The position numbers and the translations under genes are program-made. Positions 10,305 to 18,454 of a DNA stretch of 64,000 bases are shown in pieces (positions within the stretch are counted from its first letter, which is position 1; each line of letters opens with the position of its first letter). This DNA comes from a virus (Duplodnaviria > Heunggongvirae > Uroviricota > Caudoviricetes): the IMG/VR virus record IMGVR_UViG_3300021475_000005. One strand, 5' to 3'. Below the pieces are notes generated by a model. The model was not told the DNA's origin. It searched no databases and saw only the letters and a list, made by a program, of their open reading frames with translations.

Positions 10305-11474
10305 TTCGTTCCCACATAGAGAAGCGATGCGATGATGAACATCGACAGCACGAGCGCGCCCCAATATTCAACACGCGGATGCGCACGCAGCCAACCGTCG
10401 ATCATGCGACCTCCTTAATCCCATCGATACTAACAACACCGCGCAGACGCCACTTATGCCCGCACACGCAACTGCCTTCGACCTTTTGACAGCCGAGATA
10501 TTCTTCATCGCGTTCGTTTGGTTCGATGGTTCCACCGATGACGCTGTACACCTGTAAAATCTCAACCGTTTCGACGAGTTGAAACGAGCGAGAATAGCAG
10601 CGCGGGCAGCGGAGTTTGATTGTGATCATGTTATTTGCCCAGCATCGCCCATTCCGGGCGTATGGCTACGAATGCTGCCCAGTCGTCGGCGACGTGACCC
10701 CAATCTTCATTGTAGACACGCCAGCCGCGCACATTCGAGCCATCATGATTCGGTTCAGGACCGTAATCCTGTTCTCGAAGCCAACGACGTGCCCAATCGG
10801 CTGCGCCTAGATAATCGAGTTCAAAAGGAAGTGGAATCGATTTCAATATCAAAGAGCGTGTAGATTGTGCCCAAAAGAAAACGAGTCCTTTTTCCGGATG
10901 AATGCAATAGTGCGTCGCGACCCGCTGGTGGAGAAACGCGATCCGCATTGCGAGTTCCAGCGTGTCGGGCGTATCGTCGTCAGCCCGCAACTTGTGAGCC
11001 GGACGGGCTGTGATGTCGAAATGAAAATTGTCCATTGGCATCATGGCGAACCCGGCGCAGACATGAGTTCTTCAATCCATTTGCGCCGAAGCGTATAAAG
11101 AGGCTCTCCGATCTCATTCTCCTTTGAAACCCACGCGTGATAGAACGCACTCGCATAATCGGCACTCATCGCAAGTCGCCGTTCTCCATCAGCTTCAATG
11201 CGACGCGCGAATGCCAGCAAATAATCTACCCCTATCAGTTCGATAGGTTCACGTTTGTATTTTATGAGAATTTCTTCATAGTGTTCGCGAAGTACGCAGT
11301 GTGCTTCGGCGGTCAGAAGATTGTTGGCAGCCCAGAGAAAATCGAACACATGCGAAAACTCCCGACAAAGTTTCTCGGTAAATTGGAGGTTTTCGATGTC
11401 GAGAACTTGGAAGATGTCGCGCTGTGGTTTACATGCTTTGGCTTTGTCGAGCATGGCGACAGTGATCTTGCGCG

Positions 11475-11939
11475 TCATGTGTTCAGCACCGCATAAAGAA
11501 CATGCCGCAACGCCATTGCATCCCACCATGCATTGTGCTGAACCGCATCAGCGAGTGCGGTCGGATACGCATTGACGCAGTACATTTCGAACTTCAGAGC
11601 ACGGATATCGACCATCCATCCCGGTGACGTGATCAACGCCTTGCAGAAATAGGCGATATCCTCGGGCCAGTCGGTGATGATCACTGGATCGGAATCATTT
11701 TCAAGAAATTTCGCAATCGCTTTCCCGAGCGATGGAGAATCCGCAAAATATGCAGTATCGACGAAAGATGGAACGGATTTAAGAACGGGATAGACGTTCT
11801 CTTTTACCCATGGGTGAACCGCGATCCGCCTGTATTCCCTGATTCCGTAGAAATGTTTTTGCAGGTCTTCGCTGACAAGGCCGATGCTCAAGAGATCGCC
11901 GTCATGTCCATTGAATTCCGTATCGAGATAGTAGCGCAT
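11475..11939 (-). CDS. DEDDh 3'-5' exonuclease (RNase AS/Rv2179c-like)
   Basis: YYLDTEFNG...LSIGLV...WPEDIAYF...HNAWWDA motifs. Confidence 0.8.
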   Translation of the reverse strand: MRYYLDTEFNGHDGDLLSIGLVSEDLQKHFYGIREYRRIAVHPWVKENVYPVLKSVPSFVDTAYFADSPSLGKAIAKFLENDSDPVIITDWPEDIAYFCKALITSPGWMVDIRALKFEMYCVNAYPTALADAVQHNAWWDAMALRHVLYAVLNT

Positions 11940-12180
11940 CAAATCTTCTTCCGCTTCAGAGGAAGCAACGCACGCTTCGTCCCATCCGCAATCCACGCCT
12001 TGACAGCCGGATCGGCGAGAAGCACCTTCATGGCTCCCAGATCGAACTCATGCCCGTCACCTGACGTGAACTCATCGGCATGCACGATGATGGAACCGAG
12101 CTTGACGAGAAGCGCGGGACTGGGAGCCAAGAACGTGTCTTGACTTGCCAGCGCGGCGACGAATTTCGCATTCTCGGACA

Positions 12181-12531
12181 TCATGCTGGCACCTTCAGCA
12201 CCACACCATCGTAATTCCGGTCGCAATAGCGCGGTGAGAAACCTTCAAGAAAAACCGTGTTCTCTCGATCCAGATGCCGATTGATTTTGGTGATGTCGTG
12301 CATGAAGTTGCCAGTATCGGCTGCCAACAGATCGGCGAGCCGGAGGCGCTGAACGGAAAAGTGTACGCACATCACATCCATCAGCGTATCGAGTCGGTCG
12401 ATGCGCACATTGAAATTCGAATATTCAGTGACGGCGCGGGAGGCAATGGCGCGGATAAGGGCCATATCGGCATCGCGCTGAATATCGAGCGGATGCTTTT
12501 CTTTTTTGGAGCGGTTGGGGTGGTTTGCCAT
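12181..12531 (-). CDS. DUF6874-like phage protein
   Basis: LADLLAADTGNFMHDITKINRHLDR...FSPRY motif; MANHPNRS N-terminus. Confidence 0.55.
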   Translation of the reverse strand: MANHPNRSKKEKHPLDIQRDADMALIRAIASRAVTEYSNFNVRIDRLDTLMDVMCVHFSVQRLRLADLLAADTGNFMHDITKINRHLDRENTVFLEGFSPRYCDRNYDGVVLKVPA

Positions 12532-13558
12532 CTGGCTACTCCGCCCCTGAGTGAGTCCGAGGCGCGACCTGTCGGGAATAGATACCAGTTCCGAGCGACG
12601 CGCAAGGGTGTAGCAGGAAAATAGTTAAGGAATCATTGACCGACGATCTCGTTGACTTTCGCCATCGATTCCTTGCCGTAAAGATATTCGCCCAAAGCCG
12701 CAAACAGCCTCTGTGCCTCTTCCGGCATCATCTTGAAACACGTATAACTTTCGACGGTATTGGAGTCCTTTTCGTTGATCTTGGTGCTGATGAGCAATGT
12801 ATCTTCGACATCGTTCATGGCAACAGTTAGCCATGAAAGATTGTCGCTGCGCGCAGCAACATAGATGTTCCGGAACTTCATTCGCCTTTTGCCTTCCTCT
12901 TGATCGTCTTCATTTCGACATTATCCGGATGGTAGCACAAGACGAATCCTGTCAACGTAAAAAGTTCGGTCCCATCTTCCTTCTTGGCATAGTGATTTGC
13001 CCGAGCAGGCCAATGACATCCGGCGCAGCGACCCTCACCATGCACAATACCCCATTCAAAACCACCGCTGCCGAGTATCATCGACATCAAGCCGGTCAAA
13101 GCTTCACCGCAATGAAAACACAGCAATGCCTTCTCACCTTCCTGCTGCACGATTGGCTTTGCGAAATTGTAGAAATACTTATCGCATGCCGCGAGGAATT
13201 CCGGCGTCGCGTTTGCTTTCGGCGCAGCCATGTCGAGCGTGGTGCAATGGACCGGTTCGATTTTGTGTTCCATCGTCATTGGAAATCTCCGTTTTGAACA
13301 CACATCAATACGAACGCCAAAGCGAGTAGTAGCACGCCGGTCAGAAACCCACGAGCACCCCACTTACGATAGACAAGCGGACGCGGGCTCGTCACGCCAA
13401 TGTCGAACGCATAGAAGCTACCTGCCGCAGTCACAATCCATGCGACGATGAAAAGCATCTGTGCCTCACAAAAGCTGCATCGCCGTGCAAACAGCGACGA
13501 CGGACAAGACGATGAAGAAACCGCGCCAGATCATTACTCGGTCCACAACACGCTTGAG

Positions 13559-13721
13559 CTATTGGCTGACATCGGGATATTTCCTCTCAATGTGGATATA
13601 GCTCATCGGTCGCAGGTCTGTTACCTTTTTGTGATTCGAGATATGAAAAGGCTTTGGGAGGGTAGAATCATAAATATGACTATCACCATACGCAGCCCAA
13701 TGCCAATTCTTTCCCATTCGC
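13559..13721 (-). pseudogene. 3' fragment of the C39-like cysteine peptidase gene split by the transposon
   Basis: Removing 13722-18129 and one TSD copy restores the frame ...HHQRMG|KNWHWAAYGDSHIYDS...PDVSQ* (catalytic His and Asp). Confidence 0.85.
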
Positions 13722-14232
13722 GGTGGTGACTCATTTTGGCCGACTCTAACTCTGTTTCCTTGTTTCCCGGCCTTTCGCCTGCATTTTTGGCACCTCGACT
13801 AGAGGTGCCCCGTGAAAAAATCCACCGAACTTTTCCGCTTCCGGCTATCCAAGTTGACGCTGTCCGTATCCGCAATGCGTCGCGGTCGCCGACGGGTCTA
13901 TCAAGGGTCCATCAATAATGTACCTTGCATCGTGGCGTCCAATAAGCGGACCGCCGTAGGACGACTTGTGAGAGCCGCATACGCGTTGCCCCACCGCCTA
14001 GACTGACGTACATCGATCACCATGCCCAAACGGCCAGCGCATCCTAGCCGCCCCCGCGACCCGATCAAGTCGGGAATCATGGTGATTCGCCTCGCGCTAG
14101 GTGAGTGCGAAGAATCAAAAGGCCGTACAAAGCGCAAAAGGAAATCAAAGAGGCGCAAAACTTTGCGAGCTTAACGGAATTCCTAGGTTAACGCGGTAAT
14201 ATCGGGCGTCGCCATTCAAGAGGGCGACACGA

Positions 14233-15468
14233 TTGAAAAAACTTTCAAGAGCCAAGCGGCGCGAAATACTCATTCTGATCTGCAACAATAACGGCATCAG
14301 GGGCATCGCGGAAATTACCGGCTGTTCAATGAACACAGTCCGGCGACATCTTGCTATGAATGGCGAAGCACTCGCCTATGTCCATGACAGGGAGGTACGC
14401 GGCCTCAACCTCACGAAACGAATCGAAGCCGACGAGATTTGGTCATATTGCTACGCCAAGCAATATATGGCCGGGCAGTGCAAATTTCCGAAAAATTTCA
14501 AGCCCAAGCATGTGGGGGACGCGTGGTCATGGGTCGCAATCGATCCTGACAGCAAACTCCTTGTCAGTGTCCGCATTGGCACACGTGATGTCACAACTGG
14601 ACGAGAATTCTTTCGCGATTTACGAAATCGCATTCCCGGTCCCGTGGTTATCGCGACAGATTCATTTAGTGTTTATCCACGCATAATCGACGATGCTTTT
14701 GGCTCAAACGCCAAGCACGTCATTCTTAAGAAACAGATGAAAGGCGGGTGGGACCGAGAAACCGGTGACAGCTTCGTGACCGTATATGGCATCAAGAAAT
14801 ACTCGCTCAAGGCCGATGCTGATGAGATTCTGAAAGCATCCACGAGCTACGTTGAGAGGCACAACGGAACGATCCGCAATTACATCAGCCGCTTCAACCG
14901 AAGGACATACAGGTTTTCCAAGAAGTTCGAAAACCATTGCCACGCGCAGGCGATCTACGTCGCGTACTACAACTTTGTGAAGGCGCATGCCGGTTTGGGG
15001 AAGGCTGAGTGTTCTCTTACTCCAGCCATGAAAGCAGGCGTGACAAATCGAGTCTGGACGTATGATGATCTGTTGGACGAGATCGAAACCTACTGGCTCG
15101 GACGCGCCGAGCCAAAGGTAAAACAAATCACGTCCACGCAAGCCTATACGCCACTTAGCGAGGGCGAAGAATCGAACAAGCCCCACTTCGTCATGTTCGA
15201 CCCGGTGAAGCCCGAAGCCAAGCTTCACTTGAGCACGTGTCGGAATTGCCAGCGTGGGCGCGGACGCCGTCCCGGCGTGCAGAAGCGCACGGTCTGGTAT
15301 GCGTTCGACACTAAGGAAGAAGCGCTGGAGTGCGCGCGCACGCTTGCACGATTCGACTACTCAGAATGCGCGATCTGTCTGGTGGGCAAGTATCGCACTC
15401 GACAGCAGCCTGCCAAGGTTGGGCGTCAGTCCCGTATGAAAGAGCTTCTCCGAGCAACACGGAAATAG
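14233..15468 (+). CDS. IS1-family DDE transposase with a C-terminal Cys/His extension
   Basis: N-terminal HTH; EADEIWSY, DPDSKLLVS.RIG.R, ATDS, STSYVERHN.TIR..RFNR.T..FSKK.ENH motifs; extra ~100-aa tail with H-x3-CxxC...CxxC. Confidence 0.85.
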   Translation: MKKLSRAKRREILILICNNNGIRGIAEITGCSMNTVRRHLAMNGEALAYVHDREVRGLNLTKRIEADEIWSYCYAKQYMAGQCKFPKNFKPKHVGDAWSWVAIDPDSKLLVSVRIGTRDVTTGREFFRDLRNRIPGPVVIATDSFSVYPRIIDDAFGSNAKHVILKKQMKGGWDRETGDSFVTVYGIKKYSLKADADEILKASTSYVERHNGTIRNYISRFNRRTYRFSKKFENHCHAQAIYVAYYNFVKAHAGLGKAECSLTPAMKAGVTNRVWTYDDLLDEIETYWLGRAEPKVKQITSTQAYTPLSEGEESNKPHFVMFDPVKPEAKLHLSTCRNCQRGRGRRPGVQKRTVWYAFDTKEEALECARTLARFDYSECAICLVGKYRTRQQPAKVGRQSRMKELLRATRK

Positions 15469-15578
15469 CGAGCGAAGAGTAAACACTACCCGGCAAAAGG
15501 AACCAAAACTAAAGAATCGCAAGCCAACATAATTTCCAAACGGTCGCGACAAAAATAGTTTAATGTCGTAGGGACTGT

Positions 15579-15887
15579 GTGGTCATGTTAGAGTCGGATA
15601 CATATTCGACCGAGGATGAAATGATTTTACATACCGTCGATATGGGTCCACTTGGCCGTCTTTATAGAATAACCGATTTGCCCGGTGAATTACCGGGAAA
15701 TTGGTACTACGGAGTAGGGTGCGCTTACTGTAGTAAAAATATCGCGGTGATGGAGGATACTCTGAAGTCGAAAAGCGTCAGCTTTTGTGGTGACGGCGCT
15801 TGGGTGCTAGCTTGTCCACACTGTGGACAAGCTGATGCTTATAAGGCGCATACAATTATTCACTTCGAAGTGCCACTAAATCCATAA
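15579..15887 (+). CDS. Zn-ribbon-like cargo protein
   Basis: CAYC and CPHC pairs. Confidence 0.5.
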   Translation: MVMLESDTYSTEDEMILHTVDMGPLGRLYRITDLPGELPGNWYYGVGCAYCSKNIAVMEDTLKSKSVSFCGDGAWVLACPHCGQADAYKAHTIIHFEVPLNP

Positions 15888-16047
15888 TCGCACGAAACGC
15901 CTTGCTGTCATCGGTTTCGCCATCCCCCTTTGCACCATAGTCCATCGGGTCATAGACCTTCAATTCACCCAGCGCAGGGACCTGCTTGTCGTCGGGCCGA
16001 CACCTATCCGCGAAGTCAGATCGCTTGCGCGGTCTTACCCTATCCAT
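15856..16047 (-). CDS. Micro-ORF containing a beta-helix N-cap motif
   Basis: VYDPMDYGAKGDGETDDSKAF, the GAKGDGxTDD motif of pectate-lyase-3/tailspike N-termini. Confidence 0.45.
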   Translation of the reverse strand: MDRVRPRKRSDFADRCRPDDKQVPALGELKVYDPMDYGAKGDGETDDSKAFRAIMDLVALRSE

Positions 16048-16279
16048 CTCAATAATCTTTCTCGATTGACGAATTGCGCGTTTTCGTCGCGTCGCTAAAA
16101 ACTTTTTAGCCTAGAAGAACATTTTACTACATTGATAAGTACATGTCAAAAAATACAGCGTCTTGGTAGTGACCGAGTTTAGATTAGTAGAGGGCTAATA
16201 AACCCTGCCAGCGCTGCTTTGAGACCTATTCATGATAAATATCACAAATTTCTATCTGCACCAGTTCCAGACAGCTTCG

Positions 16280-16729
16280 CTAGTTAAACGACACTCTCAT
16301 CAACGGTTTTCCCTGAAGACAAAAACTGTTGAACAGATTTTCTGCTATTGAACCGTCTGTTACGATATACGCAGTCTCCCCCACTGCCAAAAACGGCTGA
16401 AATCCCACATAGCCTCCAAGTTGATTCTTCGCGTTCACTTCACCGCAGAACAGAAAACCTGACGAAAATGATTTGGGCCGCACTGCCATAACATTTCGGA
16501 AGCGTGCGCTGTCGGGATCGGTGAGCTTGGATTTTATTAATTCTTCGGTAGAGGGAGTTTCTTTTGCAACTTCCTTCGCTAGATCGGCATCATCACGGGG
16601 CTCGGGAATTGTGGCCGCTGTTGGTACGGACGCAGGCGTGAGCAACGACTGCTTCGTGTTACTCGCTAAAAATAGAACACCAGCAAAAACGGGTATCATA
16701 ATGATGGCTACCCAGAGGAGAATGCGCAT
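16280..16729 (-). CDS. Exported/membrane-anchored protein, paralogue 2
   Basis: N-terminal TM segment; DPDSARFRNV...CGEVNAKNQLGGYVGFQPF...C. Confidence 0.8.
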   Translation of the reverse strand: MRILLWVAIIMIPVFAGVLFLASNTKQSLLTPASVPTAATIPEPRDDADLAKEVAKETPSTEELIKSKLTDPDSARFRNVMAVRPKSFSSGFLFCGEVNAKNQLGGYVGFQPFLAVGETAYIVTDGSIAENLFNSFCLQGKPLMRVSFN

Positions 16730-16859
16730 TTAACCCTCACATAACTCGAATGGTTGATCTGGCACACGTCAACGCTACTTTCCCGCGTAGGTCATTTGTG
16801 CGGAATAATCCTTTGATCTGTCCTCGCTGAACTGAGCAGGGACGCGTCGGTCATAGAAA

Positions 16860-17321
16860 CTATTTTTTGCTTACCAATCCCAATTGTTCGGCGAATTTTT
16901 CTGGCGTCATGCTTTGATACAGAAGTTGGCTGTAATCGGGACGCACATGGTCGATGACTGTGGGATTAATTGCGTCTGGCGCGCAGATTTCAGATACAAA
17001 AGGAGCAATGCCGTTTACCGGAAGCTCTACAGTTCCATCTCCCGATACGAGAAATGGCACCCACCCACTGTATCCACCCAACCCATTTTTCGAATTCACC
17101 TCACCACACAGGAAATAGGCCTTCTTATTATCAGAGCGTATGAAATAGTGCGCGACGGTGTTACGGAATCTCGCGCTTGGATAGTCAATGAGTTGACTAT
17201 CAAACGCGCTGTGCGCACGAAATGCAGCGATTATCGCTTGCCCACCGTCTGCATCTGTAAATTCTGCGCCAATCGCTGGAGTTATCAGAAATGCAAGCGT
17301 CGCAAATATCCAACCCTTCAT
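16860..17321 (-). CDS. Exported protein, paralogue 1
   Basis: Signal peptide MKGWIFATLAFLITPAIGA; DYPSARFRN...CGEVNSKNGLGGYSGWVPF...C; RBS GGAGGG upstream of ATG 17321. Confidence 0.8.
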   Translation of the reverse strand: MKGWIFATLAFLITPAIGAEFTDADGGQAIIAAFRAHSAFDSQLIDYPSARFRNTVAHYFIRSDNKKAYFLCGEVNSKNGLGGYSGWVPFLVSGDGTVELPVNGIAPFVSEICAPDAINPTVIDHVRPDYSQLLYQSMTPEKFAEQLGLVSKK

Positions 17322-17434
17322 AGGCCCTCCGCCCTCCGACTGGTGATCGGGGAGTTGAGAAAACCACACCTAAGCGGGTTCGCCGCCGCCTTTAGGCTTT
17401 CGCCCTGAACATGCGCGACGGCCTCCCCGACCAT
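17318..17434 (-). CDS. Ash/Icd-like leader ORF (38 aa) overlapping the C4 RNA
   Basis: MVGEAVAHVQGESLKAAANPLRCGFLNSPITSRRAEGL*; its TGA overlaps the downstream ATG (ATGA). Confidence 0.55.
   Translation of the reverse strand: MVGEAVAHVQGESLKAAANPLRCGFLNSPITSRRAEGL
17343..17434 (-). ncRNA. C4-type antisense RNA
   Basis: Closing stem TGGTCGGGGAG/CTCCCCGATCA; inner stem GCCGTCGC/GCGGCGGC with a GGC-GAAA-GCC tetraloop hairpin; a' TTAGGTGT and b' TTCTCA complementary to upstream ACACCTAA and TGAGAA. Confidence 0.75.
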
Positions 17435-17473
17435 ACGGTCGAGGAGTGCTGGATCACGGCTGCACAAAAGCCG

Positions 17474-17516
17474 TTAGGTGTGGGGTTCTCACGCCCCGAA
17501 TCGGCTTGGCCGATCT
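17474..17516 (-). promoter_or_regulatory. c4 a1/b1 target site with leader hairpins
   Basis: ATCGGC-CAA-GCCGAT hairpin; CGGGG-CGTGAGAA-CCCC hairpin with b1 in the loop, followed by a1 ACACCTAA: the order seen in P1/P4 c4 leaders. Confidence 0.7.
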
Positions 17517-17583
17517 AGGGAAATTATGACATAAGAAATAGTGATTTGCGAGAGATGGCTCGCAACGCATATTGGAGGAACAG

Positions 17584-17751
17584 ATGGCTACAAATGAAAC
17601 AATAGGACCAGAGCTTGCAGCGCTCCTAGCTAAGATATTGGATGGCACTAAAAAGACTGTAACACCTGCTCAACTTAAGAAGATTGCCGCTGTTGCACTG
17701 CCTCATGCACGGGGGAAATCGCCAAAGAAGGCTGCACCAAAGAAAAAATGA
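17584..17751 (+). CDS. Small basic protein (55 aa), divergent from the C4 operon
   Basis: Below the ORF-track cutoff; GGAGG RBS; MATNETIGPELAALLAKILDGTKKTVTPAQLKKIAAVALPHARGKSPKKAAPKKK*. Confidence 0.7.
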   Translation: MATNETIGPELAALLAKILDGTKKTVTPAQLKKIAAVALPHARGKSPKKAAPKKK

Positions 17752-18115
17752 CCTCACCTTCTATAATGCCTGTGATCTTTGTGACGGCGCGCGCTGCTAT
17801 TTGCATCACGCCTGAGGCCTGCAAAGCATCTTCATCATTGATGTCGCCCATATTGGGCGCAATAACGACTACTTCTTTGTCTTTATGAAGAAGCCAACCA
17901 ACTGACATGCACTGAACAATTGACCACGCGCCGAGATCAGAAATACGAAGCCATTCTGCGGCGGGTTGCCTGCTATCTTCCCACTCAACCAGCACAAGCG
18001 GGCAACTTCGAGGTTGGATCGAGTTTTTAGGATTCGCATTTGTTGAATTCAAACTCAATTCTTCGGACTGATGCGGCTTAGGGTCGCTCTTCGTCTGGGA
18101 AGTTAGGTTTTTCAA
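17675..18115 (-). CDS. Hypothetical cargo protein (VxVEWEDS...CxSVGWL family)
   Basis: Conserved-looking core LVLVEWEDS...CMSVGWLL; the 5' end falls in the right IR, so it may be truncated. Confidence 0.6.
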   Translation of the reverse strand: MKNLTSQTKSDPKPHQSEELSLNSTNANPKNSIQPRSCPLVLVEWEDSRQPAAEWLRISDLGAWSIVQCMSVGWLLHKDKEVVVIAPNMGDINDEDALQASGVMQIAARAVTKITGIIEGEVIFSLVQPSLAISPVHEAVQQRQSS

Positions 18116-18121
18116 ACTGAC

Positions 18122-18412
18122 TCACCACCCCATTCGCTGATGATGGAGTTTAAGAATGACACGCGCTCCGGCAGGTATGACAGTTTTGAGTCCTTCCCAT
18201 GATGTCATCGGCACGCGCAAAAGCTTGCGCGAGGTCGCCAAGACCAGATGCGACCGATGCAACGCCTTCACAACATCTTTCGTCGTCGTACCAAATTTTG
18301 TCCGTCTCTGAAAATCGAAGAAGCCGAATGCCTGTTCGTAACTTACATCGAGAGCGCACGCGACGGCGCACACTCCACAATCACTTGGGTTGTGAGAGCC
18401 GACGACCCGCAT
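18122..18412 (-). pseudogene. 5' fragment of C39-like cysteine peptidase
   Basis: SDCGVCAVACALDVSYEQA (catalytic Cys); truncated by a TGA supplied by the transposon IR. Confidence 0.85.
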
Positions 18413-18454
18413 CAGGCATCACTCACGGAATATCCGATATTCACGTCTTTATCC

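Larger units (their letters stand above)
4599..13460 (-). other. Dense array of small co-oriented hypothetical phage genes
   Basis: About 30 abutting or overlapping (ATGA/TGATG) minus-strand ORFs of 50-190 aa, e.g. 4874-5200, 6412-6636, 6633-6857, 6854-7123, 7271-7558, 7533-7874, 8486-8986, 8990-9274, 10402-10629, 10631-11044, 11041-11529, 12633-12881, 12878-13279. Confidence 0.75.
13722..18129. mobile_element. IS1-family cargo transposon, 4408 bp
   Basis: Terminal IRs GGTGGTGACTCATTTTG (13722-13738) and GGTGGTGAGTCAGTTTG (reverse complement of 18113-18129), 15/17 identical; 8-bp TSD CCATTCGC at 13714-13721 and 18130-18137; encodes a DDE transposase; interrupts a gene. Confidence 0.9.

Noticed and set aside
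13789-13809. Perfect 8-bp hairpin as a Rho-independent terminator
   Set aside because: No U-tract directly follows the stem on either strand; kept only as a structural element.
14171-14191. TTAA...TTAA as a CtrA box
   Set aside because: Spacing is 13 bp, not 7; the 4398-4413 pair (8 bp) also fails.
15530-15550. TTCCAAACGGTCGCGAC as a right IR just after the transposase
   Set aside because: The match to the terminal IRs is weak and needs gaps, and no TSD was found.
15856-16047. Tailspike or depolymerase gene
   Set aside because: Only the N-cap motif is present, with no beta-helix body.
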